Shown here: one piece after another, positions 9,681-18,685 of the stretch
Layout: every line of letters begins with the position of its first letter
Numbering within the stretch: position 1 is the stretch's first letter
Assembly: GCA_037200965.1 (NCBI GenBank)
Contig: JBBCGK010000001.1
Span: 416,001 to 480,000, forward strand
DNA from: a bacterium
Lineage (GTDB): Bacteria; Patescibacteriota; Minisyncoccia; Phycocordibacterales; Phycocordibacteraceae
Length of the DNA stretch: 64,000 nucleotides
Direction of reading: 5' to 3'
Notes under the pieces: generated by a model
What the model saw: the letters and a program-made list of their open reading frames with translations, nothing else
Told to the model about the DNA's origin: nothing
The model's database searches: none
Position numbers and translations under genes: made by a program

Positions 9681-9720
9681 GGCGCAGGCTCCGTAAGGAA
9701 CCTGCGCCAACCTGCTTTTC
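9681..9720 (+). terminator. hairpin plus T-run downstream of the mini-ORF
   Basis: GGCGCAGG-ctccgtaaggaa-CCTGCGCC followed by aacctgcttttc. Confidence 0.4.
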
Positions 9721-9745
9721 AAGATGAATCAAAATCGGTAACGGT

Positions 9746-11029
9746 CTAGGTCTTAGGTGCGGCGAGCATGTCCGCAATTTTATAAATATCTCCTGCGCCC
9801 ATGGTCATAAGGGAGTCGCCGGAGCCATACGTTTCGAGCACCTTCTCGATAGCGTCAAACGAAGGAAGCGCTGCGGCGTCGGTGCCTTCCGCACGGATAC
9901 GTTCGGCGAGTATGTCACTTGAAATGGTGCCGTCGTCCGTCTCACGCGCCGCATAGATGGGAGCTATAAGGACCTTGTCCGCGTCCTTGAAGGCGGTTGC
10001 GAAATCGTCGAGGAGGTCGCGGGTGCGGCTGTAAAGATGCGGGTGGAAGGCGACAACGACCCTGCCGTTCGTCTTTTCCCGAAGCGCCTTCAAGGTCTCG
10101 CGCACTTCGGTCGGGTGATGCGCGTAGTCATCGTATACGTCGGCCCCGCTCTTGGTTTTTCCTTTGTATTCGAAACGCCGCCAGGTGCCGTGGAAATGAG
10201 AGAGCGAAGTGGCGATGGAACTTTCAGCGATAGACGGAAGAACGGCGCGGGCGGCCCCGGCGGCAGCGCGGGCATTCATTTGATTGAAGCCTCCCGGAAG
10301 CCGCAGCTCATAGGCAGGCTCGAGCGTATAGTCGATAACGGGCGCCACGGCGTCGGCGAGCACCGCCGCGATATTCGCGTCGTGGGGGTTCGTGACGATA
10401 CAGCCGTCCTCGGGCACGTTCCGTATCGCCGTACGAAACGTTTCCTGAAGAGCTGCAAGCGACGGGAAATGATCGGTATGGTCCCATTCGAGGTTGGTGA
10501 CCACGAGCACCGAGGGGGAGAGCTCGAGCAGGTGATCCTTATATTCGCACGCCTCGACGACGAAAAGATCCGAATTACCGGAAAGATAGTTGGAGCCGAA
10601 ATCCTTGACGATAGAGCCGACGATGGCGGTCGGAGAAGCCCCGGCGTCGGCGAGAATCTTCGCAAGCATGCCGGTCGTGGTCGTCTTCCCGTGCGTTCCG
10701 GCGACCGCGATCGTCTTCTTTCCCCGCGACACTTCCCCGAGCATGGCGAAGTACGAGAGTTCGGGTATGCCAAGCTCCCGGGCGCGCATTCGTTCCGGAT
10801 TTTCCGGAGGCACCGCGTCGCTATAGATGAGCCTGTTCGTGAGAGCCTCTACGTTCTCCGCCTTTTGACCTATCACGACCCTGATCCCCTTCTTCTCCAA
10901 TAGCTCCGTCACCGGACCCGCCTCCCTGTCCGATCCGGTTATTTCATTTCCCTGCTCCTTGAGCATTTGCGCGAGCGCGCTCATCCCGATGCCGCCGATG
11001 CCGGTGAAATGGAGTTTTTGAGGGTTCAT
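9746..11029 (-). CDS. murC: UDP-N-acetylmuramate--L-alanine ligase
   Basis: MNPQKLHFTGIGGIGMSALAQMLKEQGNEITGSD... and the Mur-ligase P-loop GTHGKTTTTGM. Confidence 0.85.
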   Translation of the reverse strand: MNPQKLHFTGIGGIGMSALAQMLKEQGNEITGSDREAGPVTELLEKKGIRVVIGQKAENVEALTNRLIYSDAVPPENPERMRARELGIPELSYFAMLGEVSRGKKTIAVAGTHGKTTTTGMLAKILADAGASPTAIVGSIVKDFGSNYLSGNSDLFVVEACEYKDHLLELSPSVLVVTNLEWDHTDHFPSLAALQETFRTAIRNVPEDGCIVTNPHDANIAAVLADAVAPVIDYTLEPAYELRLPGGFNQMNARAAAGAARAVLPSIAESSIATSLSHFHGTWRRFEYKGKTKSGADVYDDYAHHPTEVRETLKALREKTNGRVVVAFHPHLYSRTRDLLDDFATAFKDADKVLIAPIYAARETDDGTISSDILAERIRAEGTDAAALPSFDAIEKVLETYGSGDSLMTMGAGDIYKIADMLAAPKT

Positions 11030-12099
11030 GCGCCTGTGCCAAGCACGATATCAGAAATATCCCGGCGAAGCTCGTTGATGGCATCCGGGCTCGAGCGCTT
11101 GGGATACGTCCTGTTGGAGAGAACGGCAAACGCTGTTTCCCGTTCCGGATCGACGACGCAGAGCGTTCCCGTGAACCCTGTTTTCCCGAATGTGCTCGGA
11201 CGCACGTGATTTCCCATGAACCTCGGCTCGTTGAGTTCCCATCCAAGGCCCATCGATACGCCAGGCAGGCTGAGCTGGTTGGTATGCATCTGCGCGACCG
11301 TCGCGGGCTCGAAGTATTTGATGCCGCTCAGCGAGCCTTCGTTCAGAAGCATCTCGAGGAAGATGAGGATGTCCGGTACGTTCGTAAAGAGGCCGGCGCA
11401 ACCCATGGGATGCTCTTTCTCCAGAACGAAGCTGGTCTCGTCGTGTACGAATCCCTGCACGAGCCCCCGCCATTCGTCTATCTCCGTCGGCGGAATGCTC
11501 TTCTGGTCGCGAGGAAAAAAGGTTGAGTTCGTCATGCCAAGCGGCTTGAAGAAGTATCCGTGTCCGACTTTATCGACCGTCGAACCTGTTATGTTTTCTA
11601 TGACCAGGCTAAGGAGGAGCGCCGGAAGATTCGAATATTTCGCCTGTTCGCCCGGCCGGGCCTTGAGATTCACGTGCGGAAGATTCTTTCCTATTTCTTG
11701 CGCAGTCGCCTTCGTGACGTCGAATCCGGGCGTCGGAAAATCTGGGATAATCGCGTATGTGAGCAGGTGCCGGATGAGCGTCTCGTGTGTGTAGTTATTT
11801 TTGTAAGTCGGCAGATGAGTGACAAGCTTGTCGTCGAGGGAAAGCTTCCCTTCTTCGATCAGTTTGAGCGCGATGGAGCTCGTCGGGATCGATTTGGTGA
11901 TGGAGGCGACATCATACGATGTATCCGCCATGACCCGGGGACTTTCCGGTTCGTAGGTGAAGCGGCCTTCCGCGAAAATCTCGCGCTTCCCGTCGCGCCC
12001 TACGATGCCGACGACGGCACCCGGGAAGACTCTTTCTTCGATAGCGCGTATAAGCCTGTTTCGGAGTGCTGATTCCATAGACGCTATCAACTCTAGCAT
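11026..12099 (-). CDS. serine hydrolase, beta-lactamase / penicillin-binding-protein-like family
   Basis: S-x-x-K active-site motif within SYDVASITKSIPTSSIALKLIEEGKLSLDDKL; 357 aa. Confidence 0.65.
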   Translation of the reverse strand: MLELIASMESALRNRLIRAIEERVFPGAVVGIVGRDGKREIFAEGRFTYEPESPRVMADTSYDVASITKSIPTSSIALKLIEEGKLSLDDKLVTHLPTYKNNYTHETLIRHLLTYAIIPDFPTPGFDVTKATAQEIGKNLPHVNLKARPGEQAKYSNLPALLLSLVIENITGSTVDKVGHGYFFKPLGMTNSTFFPRDQKSIPPTEIDEWRGLVQGFVHDETSFVLEKEHPMGCAGLFTNVPDILIFLEMLLNEGSLSGIKYFEPATVAQMHTNQLSLPGVSMGLGWELNEPRFMGNHVRPSTFGKTGFTGTLCVVDPERETAFAVLSNRTYPKRSSPDAINELRRDISDIVLGTGA

Positions 12100-12146
12100 T
12101 TTCGATGCATGGGTGCCTTTTCTCTGCCTCTGCTACACTGGCCCGT

Positions 12147-13067
12147 ATGGCCCGAATCTATGACAAGGCGTATTTCGGTTCAAAGGTGGTGCCCATTGAT
12201 GACGCAGCGCTCAACATCACTACCTCAGCTGTACTCTACGGGCTCAGCGTCTATACGGTATTCCCGGTATGCGTGACGCAAGACGGACTCGCAGCGTTTC
12301 GCCTGTCCGACCATTTCAAGCGCCTTATCGAGTCGGCGCGCATAGTTGGAATCGACACATTCGAACAGGAATGGACGTATGAGAAGTTCTTGGTGGCCGT
12401 GAAGGAGACTACGGCCGCAAACAGCATCCGCCAAGACGCATTCGTGCGCGCGAGTGTACATGTGAGTGAGCGCGTGCCGGGCACGCGCTCGAGAGGACTG
12501 GCGACGACCTTGAGCATGTTCGTCTATGAAGCACTCCCGATCATCCCGCAGGACGGGACGCGCCTCAAGACGAGCGTCTGGAGGCGCGTCCCCGACTATG
12601 CGATTCCTTCCCGCGCGAAGGTAAACGGGGCGTATGTGAACTCGGTGCTTGGAAAGCAGGACGCGCTCGACAGCGGGTACGACGACTGCATCTTCCTAGA
12701 CGCCGAAGGCCATGTCTGCGAATTGTCCGCGGCAAACATCTTCATCGTCCGCGACGGCATGCTTGTTACACCGCCGACCTCAGGCGATATTCTTGAGGGA
12801 ATAAACCGGCGCACCATACTCGAGCTTGCGAAGAACATGGAAATCCCCGCGGTTGAACGCACGATCGACCTTACCGAACTCTATGTGGCGGAGGAGGCAT
12901 TCGCCTGCGGTACCTCTTCCTTCATCGCTCCTATCGCCGAGATCGACAAGCGTCGTATCGGTTCGGGTGCGATAGGCCCGATTACGACACGGATACGGCA
13001 ACAACACACGGCCGCGCTTCACGGGAGCGATCCGGCTTACCACAAATGGCTTACGATTTTAAGCTAG
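12147..13067 (+). CDS. class IV (branched-chain / D-amino-acid) PLP aminotransferase
   Basis: Start placed at MARIYDKAYFGSKVVPIDDA... (the ATG at 12105 would nearly abut the divergent gene). ...EAFACGTSSFIAPIAEID... is typical of IlvE/Dat. Confidence 0.65.
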   Translation: MARIYDKAYFGSKVVPIDDAALNITTSAVLYGLSVYTVFPVCVTQDGLAAFRLSDHFKRLIESARIVGIDTFEQEWTYEKFLVAVKETTAANSIRQDAFVRASVHVSERVPGTRSRGLATTLSMFVYEALPIIPQDGTRLKTSVWRRVPDYAIPSRAKVNGAYVNSVLGKQDALDSGYDDCIFLDAEGHVCELSAANIFIVRDGMLVTPPTSGDILEGINRRTILELAKNMEIPAVERTIDLTELYVAEEAFACGTSSFIAPIAEIDKRRIGSGAIGPITTRIRQQHTAALHGSDPAYHKWLTILS

Positions 13068-14272
13068 TTTTCTGCAAGAGTTGAAATCCATTTCCTGTAC
13101 TGCGCACTCTTGTCCTTATAGTCCTTGAAGAGGTTGAAGCTCGGTGAGGCATTCGAAAGAAGAACGATCCCGCCAGGGCGCGTATGCGTATACGCGGCAC
13201 GCACCGCTTCTTCCATAGAAGATACGGGGATGATATTCCGCTCGCTCACTTCGGCCACCATCTTGGCACCCGTATCGGGAAATATGATAAAGGTTTGTAT
13301 CTTGGTCTTCCCCAATTCTTGAGCAAAAGCATCAAATGAAATGCCGCGATCTTCTCCGCCGAGGATGATGGTATCGACACCGGAAAGAGCGTGTACGGAA
13401 GCCATCGAGGCTTCCGGAATGGTGGCGAGAGAGTCGTCGTAAAATGTGATGCCGCGATACGTTCCGAGTCTCTCCAGTCGGTACGGGAGCGGAATAAATG
13501 TCTTGATATGTTCGCGGGCTTCGGCTTCCGAGATACCCAACGCCTGCACCGCCGCGACCGCAAGCGCACAATCCTTTTGATTATGCTCGCCGAGGAGTTT
13601 TGTCTCGAAGCTTTTGCTCATATCCGGCCGCACTACCTTTCCTGCAAACTGAATAGCAAGATCACTGCCGTTTATGAAAACATCTTCCGAACCTTGGAAA
13701 CGCGCGATATTGAGCTTCGCCTCCTTGTACTTTTCAAAAGAACCGTGATGGGATAAATGTTCCTGATAGAGATTCGTAAGGACGGCAACGTGTGGGGAGT
13801 GCGTCAGGTATTCGCACTGATAACTCGACAGCTCAAGGACATGAAGCTGACCCGGAATATCCGCGCTCAGGATATCTGCGTCGGCAATACCAATATTGCC
13901 CGAGAGCCGGACGGTACGGCCCGCTCCTTTGAGTATGTGGTAAATCAGCGAAGAGACGGTACTCTTTCCTTTCGTACCCGTGACCCCGATGGCCCGGTCG
14001 CGCACGCGTTCAAGCACCAAGTCGGTAAACGTGGTGACGCGCGTTTTCGAAGAAGCAAGCCGGAGCTTTCTCGTCGGTATGCCGGGAGTCTTGTAGACAA
14101 TCTCGATAATGTCCGGTATCGAGAGCCCGAGATGCACGGTCGCATCCAATCCCCCAGGGTCTATAGCCGCTTCGTCGAAAATATGGAGTTCGGCCTTTCC
14201 TTTGAAATATTCATAAGCGGCATGGCCTTCCAGACCGAAACCGGCAATCCCGATGATAGGCTGTGCGCTCAT
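13064..14272 (-). CDS. murD: UDP-N-acetylmuramoyl-L-alanine--glutamate ligase (MurD or MurD2-type)
   Basis: IGIAGFGLEGHAAYEYF...GVTGTKGKSTVSSLIYHIL; Mur ligase domain. Confidence 0.8.
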   Translation of the reverse strand: MSAQPIIGIAGFGLEGHAAYEYFKGKAELHIFDEAAIDPGGLDATVHLGLSIPDIIEIVYKTPGIPTRKLRLASSKTRVTTFTDLVLERVRDRAIGVTGTKGKSTVSSLIYHILKGAGRTVRLSGNIGIADADILSADIPGQLHVLELSSYQCEYLTHSPHVAVLTNLYQEHLSHHGSFEKYKEAKLNIARFQGSEDVFINGSDLAIQFAGKVVRPDMSKSFETKLLGEHNQKDCALAVAAVQALGISEAEAREHIKTFIPLPYRLERLGTYRGITFYDDSLATIPEASMASVHALSGVDTIILGGEDRGISFDAFAQELGKTKIQTFIIFPDTGAKMVAEVSERNIIPVSSMEEAVRAAYTHTRPGGIVLLSNASPSFNLFKDYKDKSAQYRKWISTLAEN

Positions 14273-15588
14273 GGCTGGTGATAGTCGGCGGGAATGCCGT
14301 GCTCCCCGGTCGTCTCAGAAAGCATGGGCAAATACGCACCTCCTTCCATAATCGGCAGAGCTGCCAACACCGCCGGGAGCGGCAATCCTGCGTCGCTATA
14401 CTGCTTCGCGGAAAGATAAAGCGCGAGAAGATTTTCCTTGAACGTACCCACACAATCAAATGGCTTCCCCTCGTGCATACCGATCAATTCCTCAAAGAGC
14501 GGAATGAGAGCCGCATCCTCAAAGAGATTCTTCCTGAAGATATTGAAAACGGTGTTTGGCGCAAGAAATGCGGATAACGCTCCGAACATGAAAGCGCATT
14601 TCGCGCATTCGCCACACCACGACCCGGTCTTAAGGCCCCGATTGCAAGAAACGAAATACGGAAAATATTGCGGATATTCGATGAATCTGCGGACCACCTG
14701 CAGCTCGTAGAGCGGCCGGATAAGGGAAAAGAGGCGGATGCCTGGATTCACATACTTCCGGACATACTCTGCCGCCATCTTCTCGAACTCATAGCTTTTC
14801 GAATACTGATGGTTAATATTCTGACCCAGATACTCGACATTACCTTCGCTCGCGCTCCGTTCAAGCGAGGGAATTATATCGGTGAAGCCGTTCGCCTGCG
14901 CGGCAAGCACGGCGCTCATCATGTATGTGGCGGTGATAGGCACGTGTCCGTTCGGCGCTCCCCGCTTCACAAGCTCCATGACGGGAGCGAAATTCTTCGC
15001 CACATCGCGCCTGACGCTCACACAATCGGTGACTCCGGACACTTCGCGCAGGCGCGGGCCAAAAGGGAGCGGTTCGAGCTCGAACCATGAAAATGCTTTC
15101 TCTTGCTTTTTTAGCAGTTCGCCAGTCACCAAGCTGTCCTTCCCTCCTCCGAAAGGCACCAGCGCGCGGCGCGGGCCATTCGGGATACTTTGAACCGGCA
15201 AAATATCGGGTGCCTGAGGGTCTCCAACCACGTGTACCAGCCCTCGAAAGTCGATCTTGTTGACATAAAAGAATTCCCCAAGACCCTGAGTATATAAATT
15301 CTCCCAAAATGCGATTTGTTCCGGCAAAAGCCGCCCCGCTTTTATAACAATTTCCGGAGCAAGGATTGCTTTCCAAAAGCCCGCAAGTTCCGCGAGACCG
15401 AGTGCAAACGCAGCTGGTCTTAATGTTTCGGGGTTTGTGCCGTCTGGGAATGTATACCCAAGTTCGTGGACGAAGCGGTGCCCGGCATCGGTCGTATAGG
15501 TATAGGCAACCTTCCCCCGTTCGATATCTATCGCAAACGCATCGAAATAGAATCTGTGCGCGAGCGGCGAAGGTTTCATCGCGTCCAT
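14269..15588 (-). CDS. PP-loop (SGGxDS-type) ATP-pyrophosphatase family protein with a C-terminal Cys cluster; candidate UDP-MurNAc-L-Ala-L-Glu epimerase (MurL-like)
   Basis: ALVPFGGGKDSLVTG at about residue 150; CNRGLKTGSWCGECAKCAF (a QueC-like Cys cluster). ATGA-type coupling with murD. The MurL assignment is an inference. Confidence 0.4.
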   Translation of the reverse strand: MDAMKPSPLAHRFYFDAFAIDIERGKVAYTYTTDAGHRFVHELGYTFPDGTNPETLRPAAFALGLAELAGFWKAILAPEIVIKAGRLLPEQIAFWENLYTQGLGEFFYVNKIDFRGLVHVVGDPQAPDILPVQSIPNGPRRALVPFGGGKDSLVTGELLKKQEKAFSWFELEPLPFGPRLREVSGVTDCVSVRRDVAKNFAPVMELVKRGAPNGHVPITATYMMSAVLAAQANGFTDIIPSLERSASEGNVEYLGQNINHQYSKSYEFEKMAAEYVRKYVNPGIRLFSLIRPLYELQVVRRFIEYPQYFPYFVSCNRGLKTGSWCGECAKCAFMFGALSAFLAPNTVFNIFRKNLFEDAALIPLFEELIGMHEGKPFDCVGTFKENLLALYLSAKQYSDAGLPLPAVLAALPIMEGGAYLPMLSETTGEHGIPADYHQP

Positions 15589-15633
15589 GCCCCTATTCTA
15601 CCCGCAGAACCGCACTCACGCACGAAACGGAAC

Positions 15634-16182
15634 CTACTCGCACTCCCTGGTCGAAGTCGCGTCCTGGTGCGTCACCGGAAGCGGGCTTCTCGGCATGACG
15701 ATGATGCTATACGGGGTCGAGAGGGACTGCGTCACCATGCAGCCCTTGCCCGGGACGGTGAGGGTGACATAGACGGTACGCTCGGTCGCGCTGTCCTCGA
15801 CTTTCGTGACCGCGATGGCGTATCCCCCGGTTGGCTTTTGCCCGGCGAACACCCCAACGACCTCCTGCGAGGAAAGGTCGACCGCGGGCGTCGTCGAACT
15901 GGTACCGAACGCGAGTTTCCAGAGTTTCGCAATCCCCTCGGCATCGGTCGCGAGATAGTTCTTGCGGGTCGTAACGCCTCCGGCATGGGTGCCGGTGGTG
16001 AGTGTCGTGAAGTCCACGGGGCCTCCTATCTCCATCGCTTCGGTCGAGTTCGGCGTCGTAGTAGCCACCTGCTCGACGGCGGGCACGCCCATCATAAGCT
16101 CGTCAGGAGTGTAAAAATAAAGATAGGCACCGATGATGCCGGACGCGATGATCATCCCGACGATGATAAGAAGGTCTTTCAT
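15634..16182 (-). CDS. membrane-anchored hypothetical protein
   Basis: Start at MKDLLIIVGMIIASGIIGAYLYF (TM anchor); Thr-rich linker; C-terminal beta-rich domain. Confidence 0.5.
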   Translation of the reverse strand: MKDLLIIVGMIIASGIIGAYLYFYTPDELMMGVPAVEQVATTTPNSTEAMEIGGPVDFTTLTTGTHAGGVTTRKNYLATDAEGIAKLWKLAFGTSSTTPAVDLSSQEVVGVFAGQKPTGGYAIAVTKVEDSATERTVYVTLTVPGKGCMVTQSLSTPYSIIVMPRSPLPVTHQDATSTRECE

Positions 16183-16237
16183 AGGTCTAGTATACCTTCT
16201 GTGCGGGCCCCGGGGGCGTTCTCCACAGGGAATTTTG

Positions 16238-16310
16238 TGCACGCTCTAGGATTCGAACCTAGGACCGCTCGAGTATCAGTCGAGTGCTCTACCAACTGAG
16301 CTAAGCGTGC
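16238..16310 (-). tRNA. tRNA-Ile (anticodon GAT)
   Basis: The reverse complement folds as a cloverleaf: GCACGCT-TA-GCTCAGTTGGTAGAGC-A-CTCGA-CTGATAC-TCGAG-CGGTC-CTAGGTTCGAATCCTAG-AGCGTGC-A. No encoded CCA. Confidence 0.8.
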
Positions 16311-16564
16311 AGTTTCGTGATAGTACCAAAATCCGCCTGTTATTTCCACTTTCCCCACCCCCTCCCTTTCCCCCGAACCTTGCCTGTTATAGTGAGCCTA
16401 TAGATGGTCCACCGTGGCAACACGCGCGAACCGAAATTCCTCCGGTCGAGGAGGACTTCTACTCCCGAGTCGAAACTGCGCCGGCATCGCAACAAGGAGC
16501 GCATCTGGCAAAGATGCGTAAAGCGCCTCAAGGTCGCGGAAGTGCCTGCGGCTGCATAGGCCAA

Positions 16565-16598
16565 AAAGAAAGACCCGGATCACCCGGGTTCTTTCTTT
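16565..16598. terminator. long near-perfect palindrome (terminator or RNase III processing stem) between the 16S 3' end and tRNA-Ile
   Basis: AAAGAAAGACCCGG-atcac-CCGGGTTCTTTCTTT, T-rich on both flanks. Confidence 0.35.
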
Positions 16599-16929
16599 AT
16601 TCAGTGCATCGAAAACCTGTAGTCGCGTTCTCTTTTGTTCCGCCTATCCTGCTCCCGCTCAAAGGCTCACGTGTGGCCTTCAAGCGACCGCCGGGTTACG
16701 TTATCCGGCTTCCGTAGCGCGTTTGGGGACGACGCTAATCTCCCACTGTCCTTGCAGACAATATCGACATGATATGCCTTTCGGGCGATATCGGTTCCAA
16801 TTGGATATGTTCCACGAGCAGCTTCCGCTACCCGTGCCTTGTTTCGACTTACTCCCTGTCATTGAGTTTGCCGTAGTCCTGCATACGCAGAATTTCGGGC
16901 ACCCCCAACTCCCTTGAGTTGACGGGCGA

Positions 16930-17820
16930 ATGTGATACTTAGGCAAGTTCACGTTCCCACGCAGCGAGCGGATTTCCCGCACTGCGCGAGCCCCCGGCGT
17001 GCATTTTCGATTTCAACACAGCGATCTTCCTAACCCCTTCTTTCGTGTGATGGGCTTTCGCAATCGCGAGCTCGAGGACTTGGTAAAATAGCTCAAAGTC
17101 CTTTACGCGCTTGCTTTCAAGCGGGTGCCTTTTGAAAAAAGGCACCACGACTTGCTTCAAGAGATCGTAGCTGAAGATCTCGAACCGATAATTATCCCGT
17201 TGATTCTTCCGATATTCGCGTTGGAAGTATATCTTTCCGCATCCCCAGAATTTCTGTACTTTCTCAAGAAGAGGAAGTTCGTCTTCCCGCATCTTGATGT
17301 AGTAACGGCACTGCACCCGGTAACTTACCGAGCCATGCTCTTTCTTAGGTGGAAGCAGATAGACACAGAAACTCCCTTCGCCATCGGTCAAACCGACGAT
17401 GTAATCAGCGGATAGCACGCCTGGTTTTGTCCTTCTCGCGTTCTTCTTGTGGAAGAGCGCAATACTACGACGCAGCTGACTCCCAGTGTCTTTTGATTCC
17501 TGCATACCGACATAGTATCAATGAGTTGACACTACGGGTATTCAAGAACCGTTGCCGTTGTGGACAACTGGGTCTCCCCGGGTTACGCATACTTCTATTC
17601 CATACATCCTCTACGGGCCTTTCTTCGGCACCTTCCCTATCCTCACCGCCCACTGATAGGTCGATGCGGCCCTTTTTGTGTACAGGCTGTGTTTTGCTTC
17701 CAGATCCTTCAGTCCATACCTTACGGCATTGGACCTATCTTTCGGCTACGCTCCCCACGACGAGTGAGGAGGAGTGGATTTGAACCACTTAGAACTATGC
17801 GCTGCCGGGCGCATTTATTT
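16930..17820 (-). mobile_element. 16S rRNA intron (about 890 nt) at roughly E. coli position 1400 (between CTTGTACTCAC and CGCCCGTCA)
   Basis: The 16S exon sequence breaks at about 17821 and resumes at about 16929. The ORF inside is a LAGLIDADG endonuclease. Confidence 0.7.
16939..17505 (-). CDS. LAGLIDADG homing endonuclease (single-motif type), intron-encoded
   Basis: Motif IVGLTDGEGSFCVYL; 188 aa; lies inside a 16S intron. Confidence 0.7.
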   Translation of the reverse strand: MQESKDTGSQLRRSIALFHKKNARRTKPGVLSADYIVGLTDGEGSFCVYLLPPKKEHGSVSYRVQCRYYIKMREDELPLLEKVQKFWGCGKIYFQREYRKNQRDNYRFEIFSYDLLKQVVVPFFKRHPLESKRVKDFELFYQVLELAIAKAHHTKEGVRKIAVLKSKMHAGGSRSAGNPLAAWERELA

Positions 17821-18395
17821 GTGAGTACAAGACTCGAGAACGTATTCACCGTAGTATGGCTGACCTACGATTACTAGTGATTCCGGCTTCATGAGGTCGG
17901 TTGCAGACCTCAATCCGTACTGGGGGCGGTTTTCGGGATTAGCTCCACCTTGCGGTCTTGCATCCTTCTGTACCGCCCATTGTAACACGTGTGCAGCCCA
18001 GGGTATCAAGGGACATGCTGATCTGGCGTCATCCCCACCTTCCTCTCCCGTGAGGGAGCAGTCTCGCCTGACATATATAACAGGCAACGGGGGTTGCGTT
18101 CGTTACCCCACTGAAGGGAACAGTTCAAACCACGAACTGACGACGACCATGCATCACCTGTCCAGCACCCTCGAAGGCTCCGTCCCTTTCGGGTCGGATG
18201 CAGCTGGATTTCTAACCCTGGTAAGGTTCTTCGCTTGCCGACGAATTAAGCCACATGTTCCACCACTTGTGCGAGTCCCCGTCTATTCCTTTGAGTTTTA
18301 AGCTTGCGCTCGTACTACCCAGGCGGCTCGCTTATCGCGTTAGCTTAGCCCCACAGAGGGTCGATACTCCGTAGAGCGAGCGAGCAACGTTTAGG

Positions 18396-18427
<32 letters not shown>

Positions 18428-18685
18428 ATCCCCTGGCTTTCGTGTGTGAGCGTCAGGAACGTACCAGTCTATTGCCTTCGCCTTTGGTGTTCCCCATGAT
18501 ATCAACGGATTTCACCCCTACACCATGAGTTCCATAGACCTCTTACGCCCTCGAGCCGTACCGTTTCCCGTGCGGACCGGAAGTTGAGCTCCCGGATTTT
18601 ACGCGAGACTAATACGGCCGCCTTGACACCCTTTACGCCCAGTGATTCCGGATAATGCTCGGGGCCTCTGTATTACCGCTCCTGC

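Noticed and set aside
17349-18301. Plus-strand ORFs inside the 16S region (17349..17783, 17560..17877, 17891..18301)
   Set aside because: Overlap 16S exon sequence or are antisense to the intron endonuclease. No protein features.
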